NCBI GenBank assembly: GCA_002269645.1
Contig: NIVC01000146.1
Coordinates: 186,001 to 250,000, forward strand
Origin: Macrostomum lignano
Lineage: Eukaryota
Direction of reading: 5' to 3'
DNA: 64,000 nucleotides
This document shows positions 63,054 to 64,000 of the stretch, one piece after another; position 1 is the first letter of the stretch, and the number at the start of each line of letters is the position of its first letter. The position numbers were made by a program, and so were the translations under genes. Below the pieces are notes generated by a model. It had not been told where the DNA came from. It was given only the letters and a program-made list of their open reading frames with translations, and did no database searches.

Positions 63054-64000
63054 ATAAGCATCCCAAAAATGAGCCTCACAAAGCAGATTTTCAAAGCCTC
63101 GCCATGTTGAAAAATTGGATAGAGACAGCTGTAGCCTCTGTAGTCTATGCAGAGAATGCCGATAAAAATGAGACAAGTTTTCTTCTATCAACCCGGGGCT
63201 ATCAAGTGATGCGGCAGGGGCCCTGGGTTCCGCCCCTAATTATCCGGCACAGATCATGCAGTCACAGGGGGATGGGCGGATTGCATTACCGTCCTTACAA
63301 GGTAAAAAATCAAGAAGGCTTCGCTTTTATGGCCCAATTTGCAAGCCCCTGACGCTAAACGACTCAGGAAGACGATTTTGTCGGGTCAAATGTAAGGGAG
63401 GGCCGTCCGTTTGTGTCTGGCGAGTTTGACATGACCTGCTTGGGGAATTTGAGTCGGGAGCTCAGACCTAGGCTGGAATGTAGATGGAGCACCTGCTATA
63501 CACTGAGGTAGGGGGGACTGTGCTATGCTTGTTCGAGAAAGTGTGTCTATTTTAGACAGTTTGATGTGCTTAACAGCACGACAAGAATGGCTTGCAGAGA
63601 TGCTCATTCACTTGACATGAGACCATGAGACGCTGCTCTGACAGAGCAGACTACTTCTTCTGCGAGAGCGAATCGCCCTCGAGTCTTTGATGCCGCTATA
63701 GGTGAGGGCTGAGCCTAAGAGATCAAAACTTCGGGTCTGGCTCGTTCTCACGATTCAACCGCTGCATTCGGTGCTTTACTTTCCATATATCAATGCAGCA
63801 AGCTGGGCATACAACAGGAGCAGCCACTAGATGAAGTGACTGACCAGACACCCCAGCTGGCACGGCCTTGGCTTGTCAAAGTCTTGGCAGTCAGCTAGGC
63901 GCCACATATAAATTAGTATTATCATTAGCTATTTTAACCCCCCCCCAATTTTTTTTGAGTTCCTCGGGGCGCAAAGAAGAGATATTGAGTCAAGATAATG

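Larger units (their letters stand above)
40550..64000 (-). repeat. Right arm of giant inverted duplication
   Basis: Reverse complement of the left arm, checked by eye at 42.3-43.3, 46.0-46.7, 47.8-49.0, 59.2-59.4, 61.0-61.5 and 63.9-64.0 kb. Mirror ORFs appear throughout the track. Confidence 0.97.

Noticed and set aside
41-64000. Long repetitive ORFs in the track (e.g. DPFYP, GDTIVRGA, SQTG, MTPFISQFREGH, SFSHSLWPLWVRL and the X-containing ORFs at 38.9-40.2 kb)
   Set aside because: They are open in several frames and on both strands, coincide exactly with tandem arrays or the N gap, and their lengths and frames differ between the mirror arms.
14849-64000. The palindrome as one giant Foldback-type transposon with modular TIRs
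   Set aside because: The arms contain a host Pax6 exon and promoter-like sequence, no transposase is visible, and neither outer end nor a TSD lies in the window. Duplication of host DNA or mis-scaffolding is simpler.

Overview
Eukaryotic (animal) genomic DNA. The GC3-rich, homopolymer-rich coding sequence and minisatellite-packed introns resemble the flatworm Macrostomum, but the organism is my inference and is not shown by the sequence. The left 14.8 kb contains the 3' end of RECQL4 (+, three exons), a caspase-like gene nested in a RECQL4 intron, and the body of Pax6 (-). The nested gene appears to be a degenerate caspase domain fused to an intact one, with a single in-frame TGA between them. 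Everything from 14,849 to the window end is one giant inverted duplication, with arms of at least 24 kb centred on an assembly gap (39,011-39,808). Each arm carries the Pax6 first coding exon, a putative 5' UTR exon and promoter, and about 18 kb of upstream DNA, so a second Pax6 copy sits head-to-head on the + strand and runs off the right edge. The arms are nearly identical over the inner 8 kb and clearly diverged outside a sharp boundary near 30,835/48,830. It cannot be decided here whether this is a real palindrome or two haplotypes scaffolded back-to-back. More than 20 unrelated tandem arrays occupy a large part of the window and explain most of the long ORFs in the supplied track.
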